DNA of 63,808 nt, counting the filler, from Atractiella rhizophila (Eukaryota), in NCBI GenBank assembly GCA_021432655.1. It is 9 parts of 8 records of this genome, joined end to end, with 100 filler letters (N's around TTAATTAATTAA, not from the genome) between each part and the next. Parts side by side here need not be neighbours in the genome. Positions count along the whole stretch, not along the records: positions 35,765 to 39,156 come from MU272097.1; positions 39,257 to 42,350 come from MU272097.1; positions 42,451 to 52,292 come from MU272098.1; 6 more parts are not named here. One strand, given 5' to 3'. Position 1 is the first letter of the stretch. Each line of letters opens with the position of its first letter. Below the pieces are notes generated by a model. It was given only the letters and a program-made list of their open reading frames with translations, was not told the DNA's origin and ran no database searches. Below are positions 36,946 through 50,053 of the stretch, one piece after another. The position numbers were made by a program, and so were the translations under genes.

Positions 36946-37716
36946 TTATACCAAGGAAGTTTTCAAAGGCATCTGTACAGCCTTATAAATGTTTCATCTT
37001 TTATTCCCCTCGGTTCCATTATACCTTATCGTTTCGTCAAACCTGTCGTTTTGTTGCATTTTCAGAGCAAACGGTTCCTTAGCGGTTTTCTGAAGGAACA
37101 CCTAAATCAAGCTGCATTTCACTTGTTACTGTGGTCCCTTGCCATAGCTGCCGCGGGCATCATCTTGCAATATCTATTGCGTTCATTCTCTTGCTCTTCA
37201 TACTACCCAATCAGCTCCCGCAAACATAGCACGACGACATGATTGTATTCACCCCAGGCTTCTTGTTGGGGAACTGCACAGAAAGCTGACAGTGCTCAGG
37301 TCTGTTCAAATTCCGGTGGCAGGGGTTAGAATAACCAGGATGAATTTTGTCACAATCATCTACAACCTTCGTCCCAACGATCGAAGGGAATTTGGTATGG
37401 CAAGGTATGAAAAAGTCTGAACCAAAAACGGATGTGGGGGAGTAGTAAGGAATATGGATGGGGGTTGATGGACTATTTGATTATTTGGACCACGAACGGA
37501 TGAAATGGGATGGATTGAAGGAGGGGGTGGTGGGAAATGACGAAGCACTGAGAATGCGACGAAGAACCGAATCGATATAGGAGAGAAGAAGAGGGAGAGA
37601 GAGATGCGGGATGCGAGAATATGAGCAAGAAAGAAACTGTGCCATCACTACACGGTCAGCATAACCTAAGGAGATAGGAAAGATGAAAGGACGCACCCGA
37701 AGAAAACTAAGAGGGG

Positions 37717-39024
37717 TCACACATCGATATAGATCAACATTGGCTCTCCAACGTCTGTGATCTCCGGAATTGTGCATTTAAGATCAAAGCTCTTCGACAA
37801 CACGATTTTAAAGACTATTTTTATGCAACACGTCAACCAATCAGAAGGGAAGAAGCGAAACGACGCACTCTTCTGGACATTTATCGAATGACTGGTAGAA
37901 CAAAAGATCAACGGTGCCTTCATCGCCCTGGCAAATCTTCGGCTCTGCCTCGTAATCTCTTCCTGCTCGTCCCTCGAGAAATTGGAGAAATGATCGTATT
38001 TGGTTCCTATCAGGAATGGGATGGCTGTCTACTCGCCCAATAAAACAAAAAAACTAACCCCAAAAGCAAAAAAGGACGGAGAAAGAATGGATGAGACCTT
38101 ATTGAACCCTCGTGCCTGACGATACCACTCCTTGATCGAATTGAGAGTCGATTTCCGCGAGAGATCAAACATGAAAAGAATTGCGACCGCATCGTTGCAT
38201 ACCAGAGGGAGCATGTTGACGAACTCTCGCTGACCTGTCACATTTGGAAATATGAGCATGCAGACGCGAAACGGCGAGAAAAGTAAGTGCTACAGGTAAA
38301 TCGGACATACCTCCTAAATCCCAGATACTGAAGGTGATCTCAGTGTTCCGGATAGAAATCTACCCTCTCCGTCAGCTATCCATCTAACACGATCCCTGTC
38401 CAAGACACATACTGTCTTCTCCATGAAACTATGCAGATGTCCATCAATTTGAGCAACTAGAAGATAAGAGAGACACACTTCACTCCTAACGTCTGGATAT
38501 AGTCCTCATCAAATGATCCCTCGACGTATTTGACCATGAGCGAGGTCTTGCCGATCTACCATCCCCAACGAATCAGATGTGCTGCAGTTTAACCACACCT
38601 CAGAAGAAGGAAAGGAGGTGGCAGACATACCTGTGAGTCGCCGACCATGCCCACCTAATCATGAATGCACAATTCAGCTTCCCTGGAACGCTTGCAGGCC
38701 AGCAAATGGAGAAGAGGTACCTTCAATACCACACTAATCCCGTGTTCAAGCTCAGCATTCTGCACGGACCCAAAGTAAAACTGAAAGAGAGAAGAGGACG
38801 TACCTATTCTTCTCCCCTGCCTCGGCTCCACCTTTCTCTAGCGCTAACGGACCAGCGGAGTCTGACATGTCTACCTGAGCTAAAGTTGAAGTTGAAGAAC
38901 GTCGTGAAGTTGGAGCTGTAGAAGTGGGTGGTGAGTACTGCTCTTCTTGGCTATCCAGCGCCGCAAAGAATCTAATGGTAGTAGGAGAACTAGGAGGGCT
39001 AGATAAAACGATGCCAGCGGACAT
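37717..39024 (-). CDS. SPG1: Septation/mitotic-exit GTPase Spg1/Tem1
   Basis: Spliced VVLKVGMVGDSQIGKTSLMVKYVEG, WDLGGQREFVNMLPLVCNDA, IKEWYRQARGFNK, GTKYD, CSTSHSINVQK. Start may instead be ATG 38868. Confidence 0.95.
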
Positions 39025-39156
39025 TCTGAACGAAAGGATAGATAATATTGTAGGAAGATAAAAGAGTAGAAGTTGACTGGCGCGTCACGACTGATTCGTG
39101 TATGAGAATAAGGAGCTCGAGCCCCGACGACTTCACATCAACACAGCTCAGATGGC

Positions 39157-39256
39157 NNNNNNNNNNNNNNNNNNNNNNNNNNNNNNNNNNNNNNNNNNNN
39201 TTAATTAATTAANNNNNNNNNNNNNNNNNNNNNNNNNNNNNNNNNNNNNNNNNNNN
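39157..39256. other. Artificial contig linker
   Basis: 44N-TTAATTAATTAA-44N. Confidence 0.98.
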
Positions 39257-39684
39257 GATGCGATCCGTCTTTTCTTTCAAGAGGCGTGGGAGGCATATGT
39301 CAAGGTCTGTCCCACACTTCTTCAATATCTCCTCTCCTGTCCAATCTTTGGTGAATCCTGGTGTTTAGTGTCTACTCAATCCTTTCCATTATGTCAATAA
39401 ACCCATCACGAGTCGCACATTTGATGCTAGGATTCGAGGAAGTGCAAAGAAAAATCTATGATTATAACCACCTTCCCATCGCTCCATCAAGTACAAATTG
39501 AAGTGCAGCACGCAACATGCATCGCGGTTGAACGTATGAAGTGTCACTCAAGAAAGCAATTGTTACGCTCCTCCTTCCTTAAAGTTACAGCAGCCATCCT
39601 CTCCTCTAGCATGCTCGATTGATTTACATCATACAAAGACAACAGGGATCATGATAGTCATCAGAACACAAAAGCGGTCCATCT

Positions 39685-41111
39685 TTACCAAGGGACAAAC
39701 CTATCCTTGGCGTCGAAGAATTTGTCCCAACTCTTGCTCATGCTAAGCCAACGAAATGATTCGTCCTCTTTCAAGGCTACCCCAAAACCTTTTATTTCAA
39801 ACGTCTGAAGTGTAGTGATGTTTCCGAACACTTTTTCTGCTAGTTCCGAAGTGATGTTGCGTTCCTCCTATATTCACTGCGATCAGATTTTCTTCGCACA
39901 ACACGAAATAATTAAACCTACAGAACGGGAATTCCTTATCCATCCTTCTGCTTCTGCTCCCATATAGGCATTCCCACACCATGGTAAACTATAACCGACG
40001 TTCAGGTCAACGGTCGGCGGAATCACAAGATGGGAGAGGTTTAGGAATTTTCGTAAGGACGGAATAAGCTCCTTTTGAAGAAAATGTCAATGAATTTGTC
40101 AAAAGAATGATTCGGCGCACAAAAACGCTCTCCCGTTCATCATAAGGTCGCTGTTTTAGGCGACCACTAAGTTCTACCGTAGATAGTGTTGGAAGGGCAT
40201 CGAAGACATCTACTCCAATGCACTTCAGCTCAGTCCCCTCTCGTGAGAATCCTACCGTCAACTTTAGCCACAGTCCACTCCTCCTGCTCGAGTGATAGCT
40301 CAGAAAGATTGCGATTTGCAGCGCTCTGCAACAGTTGTTTTATGTTCTCCCGTAGCCTGCCTTGTTCGCCATATTCGTGAAACCTCGTCCACCAGGACGG
40401 TGCTGTGATGTCCAGACTTTGGAGATTTGGAGATACGGAAACAAAAACCGAACAACACGACATGAGATTCAAGCTCTTCAAGTTGTCTAATTGATCAATG
40501 GTTGAAGAGAAGGTGCTTGTGAAGTGTTCTTCGTCTTCGGGAGGAATCAGAAGCGCAATCTCATCCACCAACGGAAAGTCCTGCAGAAGGTGAGTGAAAA
40601 TTGCTCCCGCTTCTTTGACAGTATCGTTGCTAGTATCAGTAGTGGTGTCGACTTCAAGATGAAATTTCCTGAATTGTCGTCAGCAATTACCAACGAGCCG
40701 AGGAGGAGAGGACCTTGTATACTTCCTCATCGACTGACAATCGTCCAACATTGTCAGCTTTTGAAGCAGCCTTTCCCAGCTTCCAATCATTGTCACGTTC
40801 ACAAAGCTTTCTCCAAACCCTCCAACATCTTCAGCGCACCAAGCTGAAATAGCATCTGTCGTTGCCTCTCGGACTTGGAAAGCCAAATCCGCGTCCGCGA
40901 CGAGAACGGACAAATTATGAGGAAGTGTCTTGGGAGGTTCAATGCTGCCTAGTAAGATTTGTCTTGCGTTCTCCCAAGGGTCCAAAGATTCAGGTTCCTG
41001 GGCTTGTTTAAATTTGGGCCAGTACTTCTGTAAGATATTTTGCTCCAAGTATTGCCAGGGATCAAACGCGGCCGAGAGCAGCAAGAGAGTGGGAAGGAAG
41101 AGCAAATGCAT
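39685..41111 (-). CDS. Uncharacterised protein with signal-peptide-like N-terminus, LRR-like segments and PWCGNAY motif
   Basis: ORFs 40680..41111, 40230..40571 and downstream pieces splice via about 4 introns: LDNLKSLNL, PNLQSLDI, NLSHLVIP..GYSLPWCGNAYM..FVPW-stop. Confidence 0.65.
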
Positions 41112-41585
41112 GTCTACCGCCTTGTTCTGCTAGTCCCACAAGAAAACACTCGATTTTGTTCCCCAGAGAGCAGATTGAGCTTTAAGGGAGGGAGTGCCAC
41201 GTCAAGGTTCGCGGTACATGAATTGAACACAGACAGTCCTACAAATGCCGCGGGGTGTCAAGTCATGCAATGGTCGAAAATCTAAGCGGTGAGAGACCTC
41301 GTTATCTGAGCTCTATGCGATTGTTACCATCCACAAGTCTCGCTTTGGTTTTTCATGCAGAATTTAATCCAAGTTGACATTGCCATTGATATTTCATTAA
41401 GCAGAGCCGCAACCGAATTGAGGGCAGCATGTTCATTTATAATGCAGACTGCATTTGACAAGGCAATGGGAATATCTTCTGAAATATAATTGTAGCTAAA
41501 AAGACATATGTTAACAGAAACAACATTTCCAAGGGCAAGGAGGTTGATTTTCACCTCAGGTTGCAGAGAAAGACGAATCGCTTAT

Positions 41586-42335
41586 TCAAACATTGTAACC
41601 ATAGCCGTATTGCGGTTGGTTTTGGTTTCGATTTTGCTGCTGAGCATCTGAGTTGTAACTCGAGTTCTGGTACACAGGCTGCTGTTGGGGCTGATAACTT
41701 TGTTGGGGTTGTTGGACATTCGTCGCAGCTGCCGTCGTCTGCCCATTATGGGTGGGTATTATAGGTTGCGTCATATCCAGAATACGCTTGGGATTAGCCA
41801 CCGCGGCAGGTCTATGACACTTTCAATCATTTAGTCAACAAGTGCAAAATGAACGAACCCGGGAAAAGTGAGAGAGTTGACAAATGACAGAAGGAGGAAG
41901 ACCACGCCGCAGAAACCTATGATTGCGCCAGCTCTGCGACCTTCTCGTCAGTTCATTGTTCACCCTAGCACGAAATAAGGCAATGAGACCGCACATATTC
42001 AAAAATAATCTATCACTCAAATTGAGCACTCCAAAAAGCACATAAGCCGCTCCCCTGCACACTCATCACTCTCTGTTCTGCAAGCACGAAAAGACGACGA
42101 ACCGTCCTCCAAAAGTCCACCAGCCCTTCCAGTTCTCCACCAGTTTATTTCTGGCATTCTCACCACCTGGATACCTCCCCAATTCCGTAGCAGCGATCAA
42201 AACACCAAACAAAGCGGTATAAGCTCCAATGAGCGCATTGGAGAAGCTGAAAAAGATGAAATGTCCGACTGCACCGACGATAAGGGCTGCAGCGACGACG
42301 AGGTTGACGAGACGGAAGAGAGCGGAGATTTCCAT
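41586..42335 (-). CDS. TVP15: Golgi membrane protein Tvp15 / COPI-associated family, Gln-rich tail
   Basis: MEISALFRLVNLVV..GAYTALFG..WTFGG-RGAAYVLFG matches the Tvp15 pattern; C-terminal Q/N/Y-rich exon. Confidence 0.65.
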
Positions 42336-42350
42336 AAAGCCTGCTTTAGA

Positions 42351-42450
42351 NNNNNNNNNNNNNNNNNNNNNNNNNNNNNNNNNNNNNNNNNNNNTTAATT
42401 AATTAANNNNNNNNNNNNNNNNNNNNNNNNNNNNNNNNNNNNNNNNNNNN
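42351..42450. other. Artificial contig linker
   Basis: 44N-TTAATTAATTAA-44N. Confidence 0.98.
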
Positions 42451-43571
42451 CTAGGTATTAGATAACACAGCTAGGTGTTCTCATCGAGATATGGCAGAGT
42501 AAAGGTAAAGACATAGATGTGAGGCGGCACCAATGTTAGCGGAATAGAGCTAAAAAAGGTATGTTCTTGTCTTGCTTTGCGCCATTGCAGGGTAAAGTCG
42601 AGCCTTGAATTGAGCGGTTCCTATAAGGCCTCTTTCCTTTGCTTCTATATCCTAGATGCAATTGAAAAAGGCAGAAAGGAAGAAAAGGCTGCTATAACGT
42701 TTGTATCTGTTTTCTGCTTCTGCTTAAATGCTGTTGTAATGTTTGCCATCACGCAATTCTGTGAACGTCAATATTTTTAATATGAATAGTTTCTGCGATA
42801 TCCACGAAGCGAAAGCAAAATGCAGCTCTGTCCATCAATACGCACTAATGCAACGAGCCCCCTTAGGCGTGCCTCCAAAGCTTTGGAGCGACGAATCGAG
42901 AGTTCTGAGGCCATTTACTTCTGACCTACAATGTCTGACTGCTTGAGAGTGCCAACGTCTAATCTCAAGATGCTCAAGATGAACTTAGTTGGGAGTCATT
43001 GCTGCTCGTCTGGTCTTTCTTGATGGATAGGAAACCTGAGCTTTGTGAGCCTCGCGAGATTCGCATGGCCACCTCAGCAGCGTCCGCGAATGGTAAGACT
43101 GCTTCATCTCGCCATTGAGGACTGCTACCTCTCGTGGTTCCGCCTTCGTTGGGTTTGATGCTTTCCAGTTTGTGCAACTGATCGTTTCTATCCTGCCCAT
43201 GACGGCCATGACATTACTGTGCTCTGAACCACAATGATGGACATCATCCACTATTTCACTTTCTCGGGAAGGTACTTCATCTTTTCACCGCTGCCTCATG
43301 CATAGCAGTCCAGTCGCAAGCTGCCTGTTCAGTCACGTTCATTACCCTGATACCCTGACGTGGTCTGCCTCGTCGAGAGGCACTGTCTCGCATATGCAGT
43401 GATTTCCAAGGATTTTTCCAGATTTCAGAGCTCCCGCCACCAAGTCACTCCGCAGCTGGCACGTAGTCACCGCAGGCATGACTCTTGCTCCCATTCTCCT
43501 GCCTTTATAAGGGTTGCTTTGACGTCTTGGTCTTGCCACTCGAACGAGCAAAACGAACGATCAGTACCAAG

Positions 43572-44882
43572 ATGTCTCAAGCTTTTAAGCTCACACTAGG
43601 AGAAATTGTTAGGAAGGTGGTGGTTCCCACTGAAGGAGGCATGAAGTGGGAGGCGATCGAGAAGGCGGTTAAGGAGAGATTTGGGATTGAAGACACGAAG
43701 AAGATCGGGCTGAGCTATGTCGATGAGGATGGAGACGAAATCACGATGTGCGTACTCCCCTCCACCGTCATTTCCTCCTGTGTAGCGAAACACAAAATTG
43801 ACAATTCTTTCAACGATGACAGCTCCTCGACTGAGGAAGTGAACGACCTCTTCCCCTTCCCGAAGCCAGCCAAGTTTAACGTCGTCGTCTTCACAGACAT
43901 CGCGACTGGAGCCGTTCTTCGCTCTCCCCCTATCGCACCTCCTGCTTCGCTTCCCGCATCTGTGATGGGAGATTGGGTCATGGACGACGACTCCGTCACT
44001 CCTGCTTCCGCGAAAGAAGACAAAGGAAAGTCTCGCGCACCATCTTCTCCTTCCGTCCACTCTCGGGATGGAACGGCGACGCCTAGTGGAAGTAACAATG
44101 GCGGAAGGAAGGCTTTGAGGAGTATCTTGGAGGAGGTTCTTGGCAACCCTGCGTTTAAGCAAGTTGGAGAGAACATCGGCCTGAAAGGCGGGAAGGAGGA
44201 GATGGCTTCTACCGTGGAAGGGTATCTCGATAGGTTCGGTTGGGCGGATTTTGTGGACAACATCGTGGGTACCAAACATCCGAACGTGCACGTCAACGTC
44301 GACATCGGTGATCCGGAAGATGCGCCGCTCCCTCAAGCTAGATCACATCGCAGAGAAGGAAGGAGGGGAAGGAGAGGAGAGAGGCATTCTCATCCCGCTC
44401 CACCACCGTTTCCACCGTTCCCCCCGTTCCCACACTTCTCGACGAATAGTTTCGAAAATTCCACTCACCCTCATCGCGCACCGAGGGCATTCCCTGCATT
44501 TTCCCCACCTATGCCACCTATGCCACCTATGCCACCTATGCCGCCTATGCCACCTATGCCAGGGATGCCGCATATGCCAGGATTCTTCGCTTCTCCCCAG
44601 GATAATTTCCCTCATAGGCGACATAGCTTCAATTTTACATCTGGCGGTCGAGCGGATCATGGGCCTAGCAGTTTCGGTCGTTCTCATGCGCATGGACACA
44701 GGCACGACCATCATCATCATGTGCGAGATGCTGAGAGGGAAGCGAGAAGGCAGGAGAGAGAGGCCAGGAGAGCAGAAAAGAGGTTTAGGAGAAGCCAGCG
44801 AGAGGAAAGGAGGAGACAAAGGGAAGAAAGGTCGAAGAGGGGCGAAGAAGTTACCAGTTCTTCCAGTTCCGATAGTGATTAA
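43572..44882 (+). CDS. PB1-domain protein with low-complexity C-terminus
   Basis: N-terminal FKLT..LSYVDEDGDEITI-SSTEE (OPCA acidic motif; intron ~43748-43822), then Pro/Met, His-rich and Arg/Glu-rich segments. Confidence 0.8.
   Translation: MSQAFKLTLGEIVRKVVVPTEGGMKWEAIEKAVKERFGIEDTKKIGLSYVDEDGDEITMCVLPSTVISSCVAKHKIDNSFNDDSSSTEEVNDLFPFPKPAKFNVVVFTDIATGAVLRSPPIAPPASLPASVMGDWVMDDDSVTPASAKEDKGKSRAPSSPSVHSRDGTATPSGSNNGGRKALRSILEEVLGNPAFKQVGENIGLKGGKEEMASTVEGYLDRFGWADFVDNIVGTKHPNVHVNVDIGDPEDAPLPQARSHRREGRRGRRGERHSHPAPPPFPPFPPFPHFSTNSFENSTHPHRAPRAFPAFSPPMPPMPPMPPMPPMPPMPGMPHMPGFFASPQDNFPHRRHSFNFTSGGRADHGPSSFGRSHAHGHRHDHHHHVRDAEREARRQEREARRAEKRFRRSQREERRRQREERSKRGEEVTSSSSSDSD
44505..44560 (+). repeat. 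9-bp coding tandem repeat (CCACCTATG)n encoding PPM repeats
   Basis: ccacctatg repeated about 5-6 times with one ccgcctatg variant. Confidence 0.9.
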
Positions 44883-45708
44883 ATGATTTCTTGTCTTCAA
44901 TAAATAATGTCCAGGTTTGATGTATGAAAGATGTATGATATCTGCAGCAATGCTATTTTGTAGCGCGAAGCTCGCATTTGTTCGCGGCACTCTAGTCAGT
45001 AATGACGTGAGATCATGTTAGGCGTACCAAGTCCACAGCGCGATCTATCTTGTTCAGTGCCGATTTGATCTCTAGCCATCAGGCATTGGGTTGCTGCGGT
45101 TTTTGTTGGAGGCCCACAATGCTGGTTTAGTGATTGAGAGCTGCCCTTGTTATTCCGCAGCAGCCACTCGGTGCTATTTGCGTCATCGACGACTTCAACT
45201 TACAGTATCTTTCTCCTTCGATGGCAAAGTTGACATCAGCTCGATCATTTACACTTTTTTCAACTTTTGTCATTGCATAGCAGTTGCAGGGAATAGCAGA
45301 ATAGAGACGCAGCTACAGTCCAGGGTCTAGGTGGGAGTCAGGTTGAAGGAGATGAGAACGCGCCACAATTTTCATAGATATACAAAGAACACACCGTGCG
45401 TAACCCCACATACCGGATATTGGGAAGTGTTGGATGACGATGTCCCATGAGTTGCCATCAGAATCATTCGTTATGATATGCTGAGCTGGAGGACCTATTC
45501 TCGCCATGTCCCCCGAATTTGATCTGGTTTGCATCTTGCGTGTTACACGACCCTATGTATCATCTATGCTTGTACAAGATTCTTCGTCAAAACGTGTAAT
45601 TTGTACAACAGAGGCGACTCGCATCGAATACTGACCCTCGTGCCTACCTTTCTCCTTTGAACGCCGAACGGGGTCTATACTGACAAGTCTTTCACTAGAA
45701 TTAGCATT

Positions 45709-48111
45709 ATGTCATCGTCAACACATTCAAGTAGTACCAAAGGACCACGACCCAAAGCCACCATTTCCACACAGACGACATCTTTCGCATCCACATCATC
45801 TCTGCCCACTCCACCACCGTCTGCTTACTTCACCACTCCATCAGTCCCCGATGCGGCACTTTCTCCTTCTCATGCTATATTTCCAGACCTTTCTTCTCCC
45901 AAATCCACCACGTCCTGGACTGGTGTAGCTATCGGAGTAACGAACATTCTAGGTGGCAATATCCAGAAGGGGAAAGAGAAAGGCGCTTCAGTAAAGAATG
46001 AGAAGAGCCTTAGCGCTCAACAGTTGAAGAAGCTTGCGCAATGGAGGACCAAAGCGAAGGGCAAAGAGAAGGAGATTGATGATAAACAACCATCCCCAAT
46101 AAACGTGGAGAGCGGGTGTCCCATACTTCCATCGCTGCCTCTTGCATCCCACCAATCCTCTCAATCTTCCTCCTCTCACTCTCGATCCGGACCACCTGCC
46201 CTTTCATCCTCTCGGTCGCGTGGGACGATGGAATCGGAGCTGTCCCTTGCCCAAGGCGAAGACAACGCTAGTTCATGGGTCTATAGCGTGGAGAGAGCTA
46301 CACCTACCCAGCCTACAATACATTCTGCTGAAGTGCGTAGAAGCGCAAGCACGAAGAGTCGCGCCTCTATAGACTGGAACTGGAAGCCACCGAATCTCTC
46401 TGTTCCACCTCTGAGCGAGTGGAAGCCTCCCTTCAATGCGCCGACACTGCCAGCGATGAATTGGGAAGTTCCAAAGGTCGACATTTCCTATCTCAACACC
46501 ACGATGAATAACCTCAATTTCATGACACTTATTGCAGGGAAGCAAACGTCACCGGCTGAGGAAGCACAGGATGTAACAGTAAAGGAGGAAGGATCGGAAG
46601 AGGAGGAGCGACCCGTCACTCGGCGGAGGAGAACATCTTCGAATCCACTTCCTTTCACACCTTCAGAAGCCATGGAGCGAGGATATTTGGAGGCAGATGA
46701 GATGGATGAACAGCTGGAGGTGGATCCCGACTTTGAGTTCCAGCGAGTACGACACAACTCATTGAAAAGAACTTCAACAGCGCCACTTCCCCACGTGGAG
46801 CGTCCCAAATCAGCTCCTCTCTCGTCCCCATTTCTTCCTGTCCTACCCCCGTCTTCATTCGCGGCAAAGAAAGCACTTGCGAATACCCAACAGAAACCTG
46901 GATTTTTTGCCAACTTTTTCTCTACTAGTTCGAATAGTGGTGGAGTGAAAGAGAGCACAAAGAAGGGTATGATGGAGGATGAAGATGTCGAGAGGGAGCG
47001 AAGACTATTAGAAGAACAGGATAAACTTTATGGGACTTTGAAGGAGATTTATAAGACACCTAAAGATCCTGTGGTCTTCGCTCATGGTCTATTTGGTTTT
47101 GATCATCTTGGTCCCGCTGGAATTCCCGGCTTGCAGGTCTCATACTGGAGAGGCATAGGAGAAGCGTTGGAGGAGAGAGGATGCGAGGTCTTGATTGCCA
47201 AAGTCCCAACCTCTCACAGTGCGTCAGTTCTTGCTAGGGTATCACTTCAATCGACGTGTGACTAGGCATTGAGACGCGCGCCAAAGCCCTGTGCGAGATG
47301 ATCGAACAGAAATTTCCAGGTCGAGAGGTGAATATCGTAGGGCACTCGATGGTCTGTGATCTGTCGCTCCGTATCCAAGCTTCGTCTAACTTCGGATTCA
47401 GGGTGGACTTGATTCCCGTTACCTCATCACCCATCTTCGACCAACCAAGTTTAAAGTCAAGTCGCTGTGCACCATCGCTAGTCCTCACCGCGGGAGCACA
47501 TTTGCTGACTATTTCATTGAGGAAATGATTGGCCGTGCGTCTGTCCTTTGTATCACACTAGAACTGTTACTGAGAACTGTGGCTTCACAGGAGATAACAT
47601 TGGCTCTTTCCTCTCCGTCATGAAGACATTCGGTGGTGAGGGCGGCGGTGCGGCTTTCGAGGCTCTGACCACTTCTCGAATGGCTCGGTTCAACGTCGAG
47701 ACGCCGGATATGCCAGGCGTGAAGTACTATTCCTATGGAGCCGAATTCACAGCAGGTTGGAGCAGTCCCTTCCGGATTCCATGGGGCATTGTAATCTTTA
47801 GTTGGGCACATTTGGGGTGTAGCTAATCGAGAATTTAGGTATATGAGCAGGAAGGCCCAAATGACGGTCTTGTGTCTGTCGAGTCTGCCAAGTGGGGATC
47901 TTACAAAGGGACACTGCATGGCGTAAATCACCTGGATTTGATCGGATGGGTGGATAGGGTGAAATATGCGTTAGCAGAATGGACGGGAAAAAAGACTGGT
48001 TACAAACCGTTCGTCGTTCCACTATGCTGCAGACGGTTTGGTGACCAACTCTGGGATAGAATATCGTTTTATCTCGCCGTCATGGAGATGCTTGCTGAAG
48101 AGGACTGCTAG
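45709..48111 (+). CDS. Tgl2-like triacylglycerol lipase (alpha/beta hydrolase) with long disordered N-terminal extension
   Basis: PVVFAHGLFGFD, SYWRGI, VNIVGHSM-GGLDSR (GxSxG), TIASPHRGS, GPNDGLVSV, VNHLDLIGW. Confidence 0.88.
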
Positions 48112-48650
48112 TGTGTTACTTGAGTTCACTTTCGTGTGTTGCAGAGGTGGTGAGCTTCTGTACGTTCAGTATTTTAGATAACCATGTGGCCTTCTTTGTA
48201 TATGTTGTCAATGATTAAACGGAATGTTTTAGTTTCAACTGGGGAATTGAGTTACCATCCAGCTTTTCAGTGAGCGTGGCTCTGCAGCTCCATTCTGATG
48301 TTCAAATCGTAAAAACCCATACCCTACTCTCGATTTTTCTGTCGCTAGCTTAATGCAGCTCAAACCAACTACTCAATTGTTGGTTCAACTTGGTCTAGTA
48401 TTTACGTTATGACATAGTACATAAAGTGTCGTGCAATCCCAAATCGAGAGGAGAGAATCCACAGAACGCCATCTATGGTTCCTTCGGTTCTAAATGCATT
48501 TTCTTTTGAACATTAATCCAGCATTAATACTCCGAAGTTAAATCTCGTTCTTACGGCTCCGAACCAGAACTCACGATCGATTTGGAGACAAAAATTCGAC
48601 CACTCACTCGTTCTGGGATCTCTTAATTTTACGATTTGGATCGCTCTAGA

Positions 48651-50053
48651 ATGTCCTCTCCAGCTCTCGTTGGCCTTGGCAACCCTCTCCTTGGTGCGTC
48701 TGCGCCGTAATATGCGAAGCGTGCTGATCGGGAAGCGGTAGACATTCAGGTCAGAAATGGAGAAGCAGTCCTCGAGAAGTATAACCTAAAGGCCAATGAT
48801 GCCATACTTGTAGATGAGAAGCAGGCTTCGATGTAGGATGCCTTACTCCCGCCGTTCGCGGTCACTCTGACGTTGCTGCTCTGCAGTTATGATCACATCG
48901 AGAAGGAGTACGAGACCGCCTATGTAGCAGGGCGGAGCAGCTCAAAACGCCTGCCGTATGGCACAGGTATGTCTTCCATTACCATTCTCTATTAAGAAAG
49001 GCTGATTGAAAACTCTCAGTATGTTCTGCCTGAAGGATCGACTGCCTTCATTGGCTGTGTTGGGAAGGATGAATTCGCGTCGAAGCTTGAGGAGGCAAAC
49101 AAGCGTGAAGGTCTGAAGAGCGCCTATATGTTCGCTGAAGACGCGCCGACGGGAGCTTGTGCCGTCATTATCACGGGTCATCATCGGTATGTTTCTCATA
49201 TCTGAGTAAAGAGGGGACTGAGAGTTGGATGTTGCTCCGCAAGGTCGCTTGTTACGCGTCTGGGAGCAGCAGAGAGCTTCAAACCTTCGCACTTCGAGAA
49301 GCCCGAAATCAAGGCTCTCCTTGATGGCGCCAAATATTTCTACATGGAGGGATACTTCCTTACTCACGGGTTAGAGAGCGCGAAGCTAGTCGCTAAGCGA
49401 ACAGCGGAAAGTAGTCAGGTACGTTTTACCCGTCTCCCTGCTGGAATCGGCCTTCTGATGGTGGCTTTGGATCCTAGATGTTCGCAATGAACCTTTCCGC
49501 CCCTTTCATTCCCCAATTCTTCAAATCTCAAGTTGACGAAATTATGCCCTACGTCGACATTCTTATTGGGAACGAGACTGAAGCTGAGCATTACGCCGCC
49601 GCGGCTGGTTGGGACGTGTGTTTTCTCTTTACTCCCTATCCTGATGACCGCTAACTAACTTCGTTGGATGACAAGACGAAAGACCTTGGTGTGATCTCGA
49701 ACAAACTTGCTCACCTCCCTAAAGCGAACAACACCCGTCCGCGACTTGTCATAATCACTCAAGGACCTGAAAACACCTTCGTCTCATCTCCTTCCATGGT
49801 CGCTCAGCCCGAACTCTCCTCTCACCCTCATCCTCACAAATCTTATGCCGTTACCTCCCTCGCTTCCGATTCTATCGTCGACACGAACGGAGCAGGGGAC
49901 GCCTTCGCGGCTGGGTTCATGGGTGGCTTGGTTAGGGGTCTGGGCGTTGACGAGTGCATTGAGTTGGGACATAGATGTGGTGGCATGTGCGTTCAGCAGG
50001 TCGGACCTCAGCTCAAGTGGCCTAAAGAGGACGTGTTGAAAGGGCTCATTTAA
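48651..50053 (+). CDS. ADO1: Adenosine kinase (apparent +1 frameshift at 48930-48932)
   Basis: GLGNPLLDI, GCVGKD, PTGACAV, EGYFLT, NLSAPFIPQFF, GNETEA, IITQG, VDTNGAGDAFAAGF. Confidence 0.95.
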
